A DNA stretch of 57,237 nucleotides. It comes from Girardia tigrina (taxonomy: Eukaryota). Location: positions 46,765-104,001 of the forward strand of contig MQRK01227676.1 in the NCBI GenBank assembly GCA_001938485.1, in the 5' to 3' direction. A program made the translations under genes and the position numbers. Of the stretch, positions 13,501 to 28,500 are shown piece after piece. Position 1 is the first letter of the stretch. Each line of letters opens with the position of its first letter. The notes beneath the pieces are model-generated. The model searched no databases. It saw only the letters and a program-made list of their open reading frames with translations, and was not told the origin of the DNA.

Positions 13501-16500
13501 CGTGTATTGAGCATTATTTTGATCCATATTTGCATTATTGGCAGCAGCTATTGCTGACTTTCTAACTTGAGATATTCTAGTCGACCTAGCTCGGAATCCT
13601 CCGATGCCGAGATTAGAAAATCGCCGATTACGAGGCATTGAAGATTTCCCAGTGGAGTTTTTCGACGGCTTAAAGACAGGTGAACGTATTAATTTTAACA
13701 TTTTATAATTTGTGATGTTTATAGTATTAAAATTTCCTATTTTCTATATTGAAGTTTATATGAAATGATATGGAAATTATATATTTGATAAGAACAAATA
13801 ATATAATTTAAAACTTCAACTTATTCAAACATTATTTTATCGGCCTAATTACAGATTCAAGACTATTTAATCAATTATAAGTGATTATTCTATCAAATCA
13901 CAGAGATAAGCAACATTAGTATTGGTTATAAGCCAAAATAAATGTAAAAACATACACCAACAATATATTTGAGAACACAATGCACGAGTAGAATTAATAT
14001 TCACAGAAAAAATATCGTCACTTGTTAAATTTAAAGTGTCGCTTCGAGAATTATCTAAACCCCATCATCTGTTCTTTTTTTAACATATATTTTATTTTGA
14101 AAAAAATATTTTTCCTTAGTTCTATTGATTTCAAACGGAAACCGAAAATTTATTTTATTTCTAATCGCCTTGATAGATAATCTCTTGAATTTCTAACAAC
14201 CTTTACTTCTCATTCAAAAATTATCCTGTAGTGCTCGCTTTTTAAATCATATTTTATAAAACATATTTTTTTGCACATCGATTTATCGTTTTGAATAGTC
14301 GGGTTTTTCACAATTTTCATACTCAATGTTTTTCAAACAATCGAAAATTCTCAAAAACAATTATTGGAAAAATTCTTTATAATTAAGATTTTAGATAAAT
14401 TTTGGATAAATTTTAATTTCGTTGTTTTACTCGACAAATAAATTACACAAATTCAAAATCTTCAATTAAAAAATTATCGCCAATTTCTTCTTGTTATTTT
14501 CTGCTTTTCGGATAATTTGATCAATGTCTGATCCAAATTGTTCTTCATCCAAATTGCCACTGGAAACCCACTATCCATTCCAAACTCTGTCGATAAATTG
14601 ACCAACAAAGAGGATCTTAATACCAATCAAATCGAGAATATCAACATTGGAATTATCAAAAAAAATCGAAACGCAATTTAATCACTTGCGAATCTCTCAA
14701 TTCTGTCTCGAGTTCGTCTATCGTTTGAAGAGCGATTATTGCGATATTTATACAAAATTGCATGATGAATTATCGAATAACTCCCAATTTTCCAACAAAC
14801 AGTTTTTGGAAAACATATATATTTTTACTGTTTATTTTAAAATAAATATTTTATGAATTCCAATATATCCTAATCGTGTTTTAAATTCCTAACATTCCCT
14901 TTTCTTTAAATATTTTTAAATTTTCCAAGTTTCTCACTATTTGCTTCTTATCGCCGTCCTACAGTTTGTAACTCATCTCTTGAATTCTCTTTGATCGTAT
15001 CTGTCATCGCCTTTATTCCTTACCTCTTTTTTTACTCACACCTTGTCTTCGATGTTAAACGTTCGTCACGTTGTGGGTTCGGCATACTTACGATTCTCTT
15101 CCGTCGATTGAATTCTGTTTTTTCATCGATTTTTTCCAGCATTAGATTATTTTATTTCCTTAATTTCTATTTATCTTGATAAATAATTTATTATAAACTT
15201 GTAATGACCTTTACTTCTCATTCATAAATTTTCCGAACCGTATTTTAATCTCTAAACGAAGATGATAGATTCTAAACTGAACAACAAATTTTTATCCTTG
15301 AGTATATTCGATGATATATTCAAAGAAGAATCACACCGAAAGTGGAGCAAGTTCTTAGTGAGATGCAGGCAGGCTTCAGAAGGGACCGCAACGCTGCGGA
15401 GCAGATAACCAACTTAAGACTGATTTGTGAGAAAACAAGAGACCACAAATGAATAATTTATCATAACTTTATAGATTTCAAAAAAGCTTTTGACAGGGTG
15501 TAGCTCGAAGCACTATGCACACAATGAATAAACACAACATAGGAAAACATATCACGAAAATTATTAAGAGCCTTTACGAAGATGCAAAGGCAAAAGTGTT
15601 GACAAGTGAGCAATTTAGCGACTGGTTTAAATCATCAGTAGGAGTAAGACAAGGTTGCATTCTTTCACCAACACTGTTCAACCTTTTTCTTGAGAGAATT
15701 GTTATGGAAGCAATAGACGATCTAGACGATGTTTGAATAAGCTGCGGAGGAACAAAAATAACCAACCTACGATTTGCTGCAAAGATGAGGCAGAGATTCA
15801 GGAACTCTCGAACACATTACACAAAGCGTCAAACAATTTCAGAATGGAAATCAACAGACAAAAAAGCAAAGTAATGGTTTCAGGAAACCATAGTAATGAG
15901 GTTAAACTGGAGATTTTCATTGAAGGGGAGAAGCTGGAACAAGTTAAGAATTTCAAATATTTAGGCTCTACTATCACAGAGAATGGGGGAAGCGAAGAAG
16001 AAATCAGAAGCCGGATTGGTGTATCAACAAGCGCAATGATTAAACTTAGCACAGTTTTTAATCTCAAAGGAATCCATCTCAAGAGCAGATTAAAGATCAC
16101 TAAGGCTATTGTCTGGGCAACACTCCTCTATGGATGCGAGAGTTGAACAATAAATCAGAAGAGTATGGATAGGCTTAAAGCGATTGAAATGAAGTGCTAC
16201 AGGAGAATGCTGAAAATCATGTGGAAAGAAAAGAAGACAAATGACTTTGTATGGAGGAGAATGATAGAAATACTAGGTAAAACAGAAGAGATCATTAAGA
16301 GGAAGCTGAAATTCTACTCTCATCAAATAAGAAAACAAGCACTAGCAAAGGTTATGATTGAGGGAAGAGTGGAAGGAGAAAGACCAAGAGGAAGACCAAA
16401 GAGGCAATGGATGGACGATTTAAAAGAATGGACTGGACTGAGTATGGAATGTATGATAAAAGAAACTAAAAATAGAAAGATGTGGCGAAGGCTTGTTTAT

Positions 16501-19500
16501 AATTGGGTGTACCACGATCCAACGGCTAAGGTCAAAAAGAAGATATTCGATGCGGTGAATCAGCATCGAAAACAGCACTAAGCAACGGATTAATTAATGT
16601 TTAGACAATAATTAATATTGTAACGAAATGGAGAGCATTTGGGGCGACTCTGAATCTACCAAGAGAAAGAACTCAAACTTTTGTTGCACTGAAAAATGTT
16701 GAAATAGTGAAAGAGATTATTGAACAACAACAAACATAATAACAGAGAAGAATATCATGGAAACAGGAATTTTCAGGACATCAGTTCAAATACTAACGTA
16801 CGATTATCTTGTTTTGTGTCCATAAAAAATCTAGCTAACGAAACAAATGTAACAAAGGAACATAATGTGGGCGATTTGATTTAGAAAATTCAATGTCGAA
16901 AAAGATGAAGAGGAATGAAATTTATGTCAGAAAATGTTTTTCAGTGATGAAGTACACTTTGATTTGATTGGCAATGTGAGGATACTTGGTTGGACAAACT
17001 TAATAAATGTTAGTTTATGCAGGATGGATAGCGATCGTATCGAACTACACAAGTGTTTAATCTGCTATAGGAACATTTTTAAGAACGCGTGATTGGTTCT
17101 GATGCATTGGGTTTTACAGGAGTTCAGTAGCAACCATACTCTCTCAACCTCAAACCTTATCATTTCATTTTCTGTGGTTATCTCAAAGGATTATAAGGAC
17201 ACTCCGAAAACCATAGAAGAAATAAAGAGCTATGAGATGTCAGAATTTAATAATTTATTACTATACGCAGTTCTTCAAACAGCCTTCATAAATCGATGGC
17301 TTCCAATGGTGTACACTTTGAAAACATTTCCAAAACCACAAATTTTTGTTACTAATATATTAATAATAATATATAAACTAAACTGAAAGAAGATATTGAG
17401 ATTAAAATTGAGTAAATCATTACCGCATAATTATTGGCATTGTTATTAGCTGATTGGGCCGCCAAACTCTGTATTTCAGATCCGTCATCAGATTGAAGAC
17501 TTGGACTCTTTAGATCTGTCGGGTTCATATCTCCTTCGATCGAATGCATCGAATCTTCATCAAGCTAAATTTTATTAACATTTTATTCTCGAATACTAAT
17601 CCATCCTACATGGTTTGAACCAGCAATATTGGAGCCTTCATTATTCATATGTGTTTCTAAATTCTCCAATTTCATTTGTTTGTTGTCAGAATCCCCTGCG
17701 ATATCTACAAACCACCGCAATAATAATTAGATAAAATAAGATAATAAACAAACAACAGCATTTTAATTCATAATTTTATCAATACATAAACAATACTAAC
17801 AGAATTCAATTGTCTCTTAGAAATTATATATTTTTATAAATATTAATATAAGAAGATAAAAACATCTGAAATCGGTATTTAGGAAATTTTTCTGCGAAAA
17901 TTATTATTAATTCTCTTATTTTTATTGGAGGAATAATTCATCCTTCATCTAGCTGTCGCTTATAATTTGCCTCCTTGTGACTAGATAGCGGAGTGAAATG
18001 AACCACAAAAAACCCACTGAAGCTGAGAATCCCTGACTAACGACACGAATGAATGAATGCAGTTTAATCATACGGAACTTTGACATTATTTTGAGAGAAA
18101 TCGAAAATATAATTTATATTTCACAATGCAATTAAAACATACACGCAAATAAAAGTGTAGTTAGACATGTGATAGAACAAGACAAAGTTAATATTTATTG
18201 ATGAAATGGACTCCGGTGACAAAAAAATGGATGTGTAACAACTGCAAATTTCACAAAAAAACTTTTCTTGGCAGTAATTTTTACTACGGAAAAATAATAT
18301 AAGGTGGAGCGCATGTTATCGTCCCGGTCGCGCCTGGAAACACAGACGCAAAAGATGTTGGGGCGGTTTGGTAGATCACACATCGCCGGGAAACTCGGTG
18401 TGAATAAATCATATTAACGCAATTTTTAATGGGTAATGTAGAAAATCGATGTATCTTCATTGAATCTCAGAACAATACTCGTTTTACAAATAAGCGATTC
18501 ACTACGATAAATTCGTTATAGGCGGTAAATCATACATGAAAATTAATATCAGTAATTTATCTTGTTCAAGCTGTTTTCTGATCTCAGTTTGCTTTTTTGT
18601 AGTCACATTAAATGGTGTCACTGACAACAAGATTACAATGCAAAATTATTTTTAATTTTTATTCATTTTAAACTATTACATATATTTAGTGATCAATCTC
18701 TATCGATTTACACAAAATTTGACTTCAAATTTTGTACTAGCGTAATAATCTGCTGTATGATTATTAAAAAGGAATTTCTTTGGTATTTATGTACTTATAT
18801 TTTAAAATTTCAGTTTTCACAGAAATTGACCATGTTGCACCCACTTTTCGTAGAGATATGTACCCGTGATTGTAAAAAGGTTCATACTTTAACTTGGTCA
18901 GATAAACTGTACGTAACATTAAAGAAAATTATTAGTAGAAAGAATCTAAGTACGTTATGATAAATTTATTGGCAGCCTTAATAGAAAAGCCCTATTTCGG
19001 CAAATTTGACATTAATTGGAAAGATTAAGAAATGAAAAAATAATTTTATAAGTTTTAAGATTATTTTTCTTTGTGAAAATGTTAAACCTATTACTTTTAT
19101 CCTCAAAGCCTGGTAAATGGCTGATAAGCTCCTTGGATCCAACGGCCATCCATAGCTGGAGAGGAGATAGACATAACCAGGTTATTTGCCTACTGATACA
19201 CCCCAAAATATGCAAAAACCAAGCCATAAGGCTTGTGCGTAATTAGGTACACCCCTGACCCAATGGCTAAGGTCCAAAAAAAATTTTCTTTTATTAAGAG
19301 GCACTACACATTTTAATCTCTTTGTAGACATCGTTTTTATCAAATGTGGTTAAATTTATTTGTTGTTTAGTAAGGCATCATTACTGTTCCCTCGATTTCA
19401 TGTGATACTTTAATGATTGTTTCAATTAATAAAAGTAGCTATTATGCATGCATGTGTTTATAATAAAAATACCGTATTTTCACGCATATAAACCACTTAA

Positions 19501-22500
19501 TTTTTTCCTCACCAGGGAATTTGAAGTAGGTAAAATCACACATTACCCGTTTGTTATCATAGTGAAATGTAAGTTGTTTTCGTGTAAAATATTTTTTAGG
19601 ATACCCCGCCAACATTTATACGCTGCGAATGGCGTGCGGTGTAGATAAAGTAGCCGCGGGCTATATTCCTGAAAATACGGTACTTGGATGAGACATAATT
19701 AAAAAGTAGTACAGTGCCTGGAAAAAAGATTAATGCAAAAAAGTTTTGGAAATTATTTTACTTGTGAGGAATATTTAAAATTGTTTGAATGTGCGAATGC
19801 ATTGATGATGTATGTTGATTTAAGTATGTTGAACTTAGAATGGTGATTCTCCCACCCAGATGGAAATTGGTTTTTTTAATTTAAAGTGATTGACTATTCG
19901 AACATAATTAAAATAATATTTTGATAAGTTTATATTTTTAAATCAACAATTAAAATCAAGTTTAATACTTTTTTAAGTAAAAGCTAGATAAAAGTAAATT
20001 GAATATAAATAAAATTAATAAAATTTAAATTAAATTCATTTTTAACAATTTGATAACATTTTTATTATTTTGAGTGTTTATAAAGAAATGGTTAAAATTA
20101 TTCTTTTTAATTAATATTTTTAGAAATTAAATATTTTAAAAAGATTTAGAAAAAATTGTTCGAATAATCATGATTAAAAATAGAAATAACAAAACCAATT
20201 AGAACGATGTCAAAGGGTGAAAGATCTTCTGAGAGTTGTAATGAATCTAAATGTGATTGTAATAAAAATTCAAATGAAAATTGTCTCTATGTTCTTAGCA
20301 TTACTATTAAGTGATGATATAAAATAATAAAATAAATCATATGAATATTTTTACATGACTTAATATTTGATAAATATGTTCAAGAATCATCGAGTGCATC
20401 CAGAGTATTTTTAACGATTTATAAGTCAATTAACTTTTACTGTTACTTTGACATATTAGATCCATTACCATCATATTCCTATCAAGAAAGAATCGAATCA
20501 AATCTCATAAACTTTTATGTTAAGAATTTATTCTCATACTACATATTTTTATATAGTCTAGGTTGTTATGTTAAATGTGTTTTTAGATTGTCAAAAGTAA
20601 AAGAAAAGACTGTTGTTCTTTTATCAAAAAGGCGTTTAAAACTGAGAGATCATATTAAAGATACGTCTATAGGATCGAATTATTTTTAAACCGTGTATTT
20701 TAAATAAAATTTGTATTTGGATCATTAATTTTAAAATGACATTTTAAGTTAAAGGAAATTTGAATATCTATTTGTTTTAAAAAATATATTTAAATTTAAC
20801 CATGGTTGTAAGTACGTATGAACACATAATTAAAATAACATAACTGAGTTGATAGCATTCTTTCTATCAAAGAATCTAGCAAAATCAACAATCAAGCATG
20901 TTTAATGCGAACAAGAAATGGAAATGCTAAAATAAGTAATGTTTAAGATATAATACTAATTTTCCAAAATGAACAAACTCAATTTTTTGTCATTTCTATA
21001 TAATTCTACAAACTTGGTTAGATTTTTTATATAGGTGTAACAATGAACAAAATGTTCGGTTAACAAAGAGCATTAACAATATCAACCCAACCTCAGTAAA
21101 ATATTTATTTTTTGAATAAATTTATTATTAAAAGCTTTATTCACTGAAATGTTTATTCTTATTGTGGAAATTTATTTATAAATATTAAATGTGTAATTTG
21201 GTGGATCCAAAGGCGATGAATGTAGATTGCGACAAGGTCTTGGAATCAAAAAGAGAAATAGAGTTTCGAAATTCGATTCTCCACCTCATGGCATCATATC
21301 ACAACCGGGCAACACAATTTCGTACAGTGATAGAATTATAAATGCAAAATTTCATGAAAGAAGTTTTGATTAGACAGAAATTGTACCGGAAATTGAGTTC
21401 TCATTATGTCATATTACAGGTAACAATCTGGATGAGTACAGCTGAAATCATTTTTTAAGACGCATTAGGAGGGGAAAATGGGGTGAAATAAATAATGAAA
21501 CAGTTATATATGACCGGGACCAAGAGGACATAACGAAAGAAAGCAATTTCCGTGAGATGAGGTATTGGTAAAGAGAGAATCTAGAATAAAATATCAAGTA
21601 AAATATGACGGGCCAAATAAAATCATTCGAAAAGTACATAATAGAAATGTATGGCAAAACAAATGAAAAATCTTGCATGTAGGGATGTAAGAGTGTTATT
21701 GATTATTTTTCAATTTTCAAAAAATAATTCTATTTATAAACATTTACATTAATTAAAATTTCGAATTATAATCAAAATTAAAAGAAATTAAAAATTAAAA
21801 ACTGTAAAAATAAAAAAGAAAACTTTTAAATAAAAATTTTTACCTTGAGTATTTTAAATAAATTTTGAAAGTATTAACGTCTTCTTTAATTTAGAAAATG
21901 GAATTAAATACTCAACTTAACAAACCTGATCCAAAATGATTTGCTGTTTCAATTCCTCATCTACAACTAAAGTGAAACCTCTATCTACATCGAAAGAACA
22001 CATAGACATTATTAATTTTGCAGAAATTAATAGAAGAGTAATAATTAATAACAAAAATAAAAATATCCCATAAAATATTCAGTAAACCTAACCTAAAGAA
22101 GCTGATTTCTGAACCCTTTTCAAATTATTTAAATTTCTTCTTGGTTGACTCTTAAGCATAGCATTTCTAATGGTGTTCAGACCACATTCACTCAAAACAA
22201 CATTGTCCATAAAAAAGTTCCTATTGATATCCTTTATCACAAAAAAAAGACAGAATGAACTACTTTGAAGGATCTGGAGATTGTGGATCTTCAATTGACG
22301 ACCCAATACCAGATAACATTGAATTTTTAGATCCGTATTCCATTGAGTTAAATAGATTAGAGAACACCTAGAATTAAGACTCATAATTATGATAAGAATG
22401 ATATGTATCTCACAGATTTATCTGCTACAAGAGACTGAGCCACTGATTCTCCATGAGTGGCACGCAAATTTAGTAACTGTTTATGTCCTGCTCCGATGTC

Positions 22501-25500
22501 TACACCTTTTTCTCTACATAATATGCAATGATAACCTCCGCCTTCAAATATAAATTCCAATTCTGCTTCTGTGTTTAACTGGTCACAAATAGCATGGGAA
22601 GACCGTTCGCAAACATCACAAATCAACATCAGATCTCCTTCATTATAATTATTACAGCAAACTGGGCATTGAACTTTTGAGGCACAGGGGGCACATGTCG
22701 TATAATTATTTTGCCAGGTTCCATTGGGACCTGGGTCTCGTTTGCCACAGAATTGACACACTACGCAATTTTGACATTTCCAACTACCCTGTTGTTTATA
22801 ATCATTACAAAATTAGTACTTTGATTGCTTTTGTCTTTACCTTTGGAACTTCATTTAAAGGTGGGTCAAGGCAAAAAGTATGATAACTGATGTCACAATC
22901 ATCACAAAGTAACAATAAATCTTCATTAGTAGCTTGACCACAACCTTCACAAACTGTACAATCCAAACATCGCCATCCTTTTTCAATAATAACTTTGGTG
23001 AGTTTGCTAATTTCAGCGCAATATGAATGATAACATTGACCACACTGTACACAACATAATAATGGAGCGTCTAAGCCAAACGAACCGCAAGAAACGCACA
23101 TATCTTGCTCCAAAACAAAAACATCATCTGCTCGACATAATACGACAGTACTTGGATGGTCGTCCTTTTCTTCGTTATTCTTCGATTCGCACTATATTCA
23201 AGTATCATATAATATAGGTAAAAAAAACAAAAAAAAATAATTGACACAAAACACAAATCAACACAATTATCAACCTTAACAGTCCAATATCGTCGATCAT
23301 CAATCCATCTTATGAATCTATACTGTAAAATTACATTATTGCAAATGCCAACAGACACTTCAAACTATAACTGTAACATATACCACTTGTTATTTCAACA
23401 TTAAAGTTTCTATTTGATTTTATTATTTTGGTGTTTAAGATGGCAACTGTCAAATGTTTAAATTAGAATCAAAGTTTGTGATGGAATATTCAGACTTTTT
23501 TACAGAATCATTGCTAATCAGCATTAACCTTAGTTAAGTCATGTCCGCCTATCATTAACGATTATCGAAGAGTCAAGATAAGAGATATTCGCGGTTAAAT
23601 TTAGATAGAAAATTGAAGGGGATTAGAAAAAATGGTGATTTGGCAATTCGTAATCATCTTTTAGATGAATCTTTCGTAGGTGAATGATTTTGGTTTCTAA
23701 AACTATACCAACTGCTTTTTTCATAACACTACTTTTGTTGCGGAAAATAAAGAATTTTTTTAAAATGGTTAAAAAAAATTTTAAATAGATTAATTCATTG
23801 CAGCATTGCTTTGATAAATTTTTGAAATTAAAAAAATAAATTGAAATTGAAAGGATAATTTCAAATGAATGATATTGTACCAAATTTGAGTTTAGAAAGT
23901 CGATATTTGATGCTGCCAATCGTTAGTTATTTAACGTTGTCATACAAGTGACTAAATACACAAATAACTAATTATTTGTTCATTAAATTATTAAACCTTT
24001 GATGTGGAGTTAATTATAATATTCTTCTGAGAATATAATATGTGTTAAGTTAGATAATTAGATATGATTATAATAATATGAATGAAATATATTAATAATA
24101 TCATAAAGAAATATCAACGGAAAACATTATAAATTTGCTGTAAAAATATAAATTCAAATGAGATTTTTTTCTCTTTCGATAAGGTTTGTAGAAATATTCA
24201 TCAACAACTGCTATTAATCCACAGATGGTAAACAAATAGATCATATTATCAGATTGTTGAATCCTAGTAACGTCACTTTGGTCTGTATTAATATGATGCT
24301 CATAAGCTAGCAGAAAAAACATCATTTCACAACAACTTTCATCAAATTTTTTGAAAACTAAGCGGATTCACTTGCACTTACGCTCATTATTTTGAGGTTT
24401 CGTAACTGTCAAAAGCAAATAAAGAAATGTCAGAATAAGTCAAAACTCTTCTCCAGCTGGAACTGAGTTATTACTCATTTAGAAGAGCCAGTAGAACGCA
24501 TCATTAGCGACAATCCATTATTTTACAATACTAACATAGTTATGAATCACAAGTTACTAAAATTAAATCCCTAAATTAAAGAGAAAATTCTGATTTGTCT
24601 CAATAAAAAATAAACTGAAGAAATTAAATATTTTTTTTTAAAAAATACTTACCACGTTAATTTTTCGAGCTTTTGCTCTGCGAGATCTTTTACTATTTAA
24701 AGTACTGTTTCGTTTTAGAGACGATGATTTCCCGCCAGCACTCTACAATAATATCGAAATAATCTTGGAAAAAACATGATGTATAGAGAGATAGATCAAA
24801 TCTGAAACTCAAGCAATGGTCAGTGGTGGCATGGACGTATGAGATGGGGAAAAATTAATGTATCGAAAATAAACAATATGACAAACATTCCCACTCTTGT
24901 AATGCTTTGTGTTTTCCCATAATTTTGAAAAGAGATTGATTGTTTTGAATAACCGTTGATAGTTAGACATATTTTTTTGAGAAATTGGTTTTAATTTAAA
25001 TTGAGATTTCTATTTTGATTAGTATTTATATGGACTTTGATTTAGATTTGGAAATTTATATTTCGATTTGAAATTCTTTTCTGTTTTTTTTTCTATTTTA
25101 GAATCTCATTTTGTGTTATAATATCAGAGTCGTGAAGCCGTATCGAGTTGATCAGCTCCGACTCTGACTTCTACCATAATTTATATCTAAGCAATATATA
25201 TATAATAAGACAGTTAAGCTTTTAGAATGAATAGAGCTTTTTCATCCGCAAATGTGTTAATATAATAATGAATATCTACATAACTACTTTAATAAATGGT
25301 AACATTTGGAAGATATAACGGTTCAATATTTTAATTTTTATTGCTACAATAAAAAGTACAAATGGTTTTTTTCCGATTATCTTTTTAACAAATTTTTAAA
25401 TACTGTCAGCAAAATCAAAAAGTTAAAAATGGCAAAATGAATTATTTCAGAAAAGATACTCAATGGTTAAACATATTTTTACCACGTTTTTATTAGCTTG

Positions 25501-28500
25501 CTTTCTTGTCTGTTTGTCTGTCTGGAACAAATCTTGCGATTGATTTTTCGACCACTTTCAGTCATCCAATTGAGCTGAATTTTTATATACAGGCTTGCTT
25601 CCCATGACAATACAATTTGATAAAAAAAATTTTGAAAAAAAATATTTTTTTCTAATTTTTTTTGCAAAAAACCACTTACGGTTATCTACAAATTTATACA
25701 CTGTATTAGATAGCAATCTTTTCGTTTATTTTCATGAATTAAGTTAAAACTCTTTAAAATTACCAAATAATTTTATTTTGGAGATTGAAATTTTTTCAAA
25801 AATTTTTTAATTTCATTTTTATAGGCCATTTTGGCAAAATAATTTCTTTTCGATCTTATTTTTACCACGTTTTCCTTAGCTTGGTTTCTTGTCTGTTTGT
25901 CTGTCTGGAACAAATCTTGCGATTGATTTTTCGACCACTTTCAGTCATCCAATTGAGCTGAATTTTTTTATACAGGCTTGCTTCCGATGACAANNNNNNN
26001 NNNNNNNNNNNNNNNNNNNNNNNNNNNNNNNNNNNNNNNNNNNNNNNNNNNNNNNNNNNNNNNNNNNNNNNNNNNNNNNNNNNNNNNNNNNNNNNNNNNN
26101 NNNNNNNNNNNNNNNNNNNNNNNNNNNNNNNNNNNNNNNNNNNNNNNNNNNNNNNNNNNNNNNNNNNNNNNNNNNNNNNNNNNNNNNNNNNNNNNNNNNN
26201 NNNNNNNNNNNNNNNNNNNNNNNATAAAAAAATTTTTTATAAAAACAACCACGTTTTTCAAGCATTACCAATGCACTAAAAAGAGGAAAATAATTTTTTT
26301 TCTAGACATGTGAGAAATGTTATACCTAACCAAAAACGTGGGACATAGAAATGATCGATTGTTAATAAAAACAATAAAGAGGAAATAGCAGTTACTAATA
26401 GCAGTAATTCAGAAATCCGCCCCACGTTTTTGGTTAGGTATAAAATTTCTCACATGTCTAGAAAAAAAATTATTTTCCTCTTTTTAGTGCATTGGTAATG
26501 CTTGAAAAACGTGGTTGTTTTTATAAAAAAAATTTTTATTAATAATATTTTAACAGTCATTTTAAAATACGGAACAATATAGTAAACATATCATTTTTTC
26601 AAACGATAATTGATAACTGTCAATGATTATTTTGCGAGAATAGAATTGATCGCATTTAGTGTATTATTACACAATTTTTTAAAATTATGAAATAAATTCA
26701 CCTTTATCGAATAATTTATCGGTAAAATGTGTTTTAACCCTTTGAGTCATGAATTATTTTCCTTGTGAATATTTATATGAAATGTTTTTTTAGTTGGTAA
26801 GGGGTTTTTCAAAAATATAGTTTTACAATTTTTTGTATCCAGTCGTCAATAAAAAAAATATCGGATGTATCATATATGATACACTTTCACAAATCCTCAC
26901 ACAGAGTAAAAATTTCCTTCACCTTTACAATAAAATGATGTTACTTTTCAAGATTAGTCCAATTTCTATTGAGTAAGATCAAATTTTCAAACGAAAAAAT
27001 CTAGAAAAAACACTGCACACACATTTACTCCGACGACTGTCTCAACCATGTCTCCACACAAATGTCATTTATGTCACATTTGTGTCATATGCAATGATGC
27101 ATACCGTCTATGAAAATATTCGCAAAGCTTTAAAGAAATGATACACGGTGAACATTTGGGTCAAATTATTCTAACATCCATACTACAGCACTAAGAATGC
27201 ACATATCACGTATGATACAAGGTGACTGAAAGGGTTAATTATTGTAAAGTCCCTTATCATATGGTATTTTAATAGATGGTTTGGATTGACATGATGATGG
27301 GATTTTTATCTCGAAACGTGTTTTCTTATTTTTAACCCTTTTATATAGATTTGTAAATAGATATTACTTTTCGGTATTTATTTTTATTTTAGTTTTCTGC
27401 TAATCGAATACAATGAGAATATAAGATTTGACAGAAATCTTGCCAAGTATTCTTTTTTGTTGATAGATCACACAAGAAAATGTCTAAATGAAAAATTACA
27501 TGCATTAGTTGCATGGAGTCATTGACAACATTCAAGTCCTGCTTTGAACTGTACACATAAATAAACGATCACTTATTCTTAAACAGTTTACTTTAAGATG
27601 GGTTCCAAGTAGTGTTTCTTTCAGCCTAACGGTTTTAGGGGGAACCTCGTTTTCTATGGAGTGTTAGAATTTAGTTGTTTTTTAATTGATTTCACGTGTT
27701 GATATTACAACTACATAGATAACCTTGATATACAATCATCAAGTCAACACAAACACCAAAGGTAAAAGATTCATTAGTAATTCACAATATAGTATTAACC
27801 TATAAAAGGGATGCGAATTCGTCTTTCCTTTTGTATATGTCAAATACGAAGACTTTCGCATGCATCCTCATCAGAAAGTGTAGCCTTTCCCTATGTGGAA
27901 ATGAGTATACAAACTTCTAAATTTGTGAGAGAGAGTCGCTGTCTAAGTTGAGTTTCGATTCGGTTCATTGGACTAAAGGACCTCTCGACAGTAGGAGTAC
28001 CCAAAGGACACAGGAGAATAATGGAAGCTAATATTCAAAGATTTGGAAAGGTGCCACTTAGCACCCCGCTCGTGTTGACAAAAGAGCGAAGAACTTTACT
28101 AGATGATAGCACGTTTTCTTTCATTCATAGAATGGCTATGTGATTTTGGAATACGTCAAACTCTGCAATCACATTCCCAACAATAGTTTCAAGGAATGGA
28201 TGACTCTTGCAAATTTTTCGCAATTGAGCATGAGAATTTGGAACATCTGTAGAATTTTGGCGTGGATCAAAGATAGATGTAACTGTGCATATGGCCATCA
28301 CCTTATCCGAAAATCTGTAATCCATGCTGTCATGTAAATATTCAATAAATTGATTAATCACTTTGGTGCGTAATCTGTCTTCCTCTGCATTTTTGTCTTC
28401 AACAAGTGCTCATGAATGCGATTGAAGGAAGAGAGTGACATCATCTTCATAAATGGGTTTATCTCTTATTTCAGTCAGAGTTAAACGTGCAGTAGCAACA

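Noticed and set aside
14199-15224. 18-bp direct repeat ACCTTTACTTCTCATTCA as LTRs, or TGA=Trp recoding
   Set aside because: Better explained as two decayed copies of the same Gypsy integrase segment.
17935-18060. Short segment ending in (GAAT)n
   Set aside because: Possible retroelement tail, but no A/B boxes, TSD or second copy.
25125-25166. Short CAGAGTCG...CGACTCTG hairpin
   Set aside because: Only 8-bp arms and no TSD; probably a hAT subterminal remnant.
25945-26313. ORFs containing X runs (also 34196-34825 and 43218-43761)
   Set aside because: Artefacts of N gaps.
27850-27880. Minus-strand CTGATGA...GAAA resembling a hammerhead core
   Set aside because: No stem II or stem I pairing; it is coding sequence of the hAT C-terminus (LSDEDACES).
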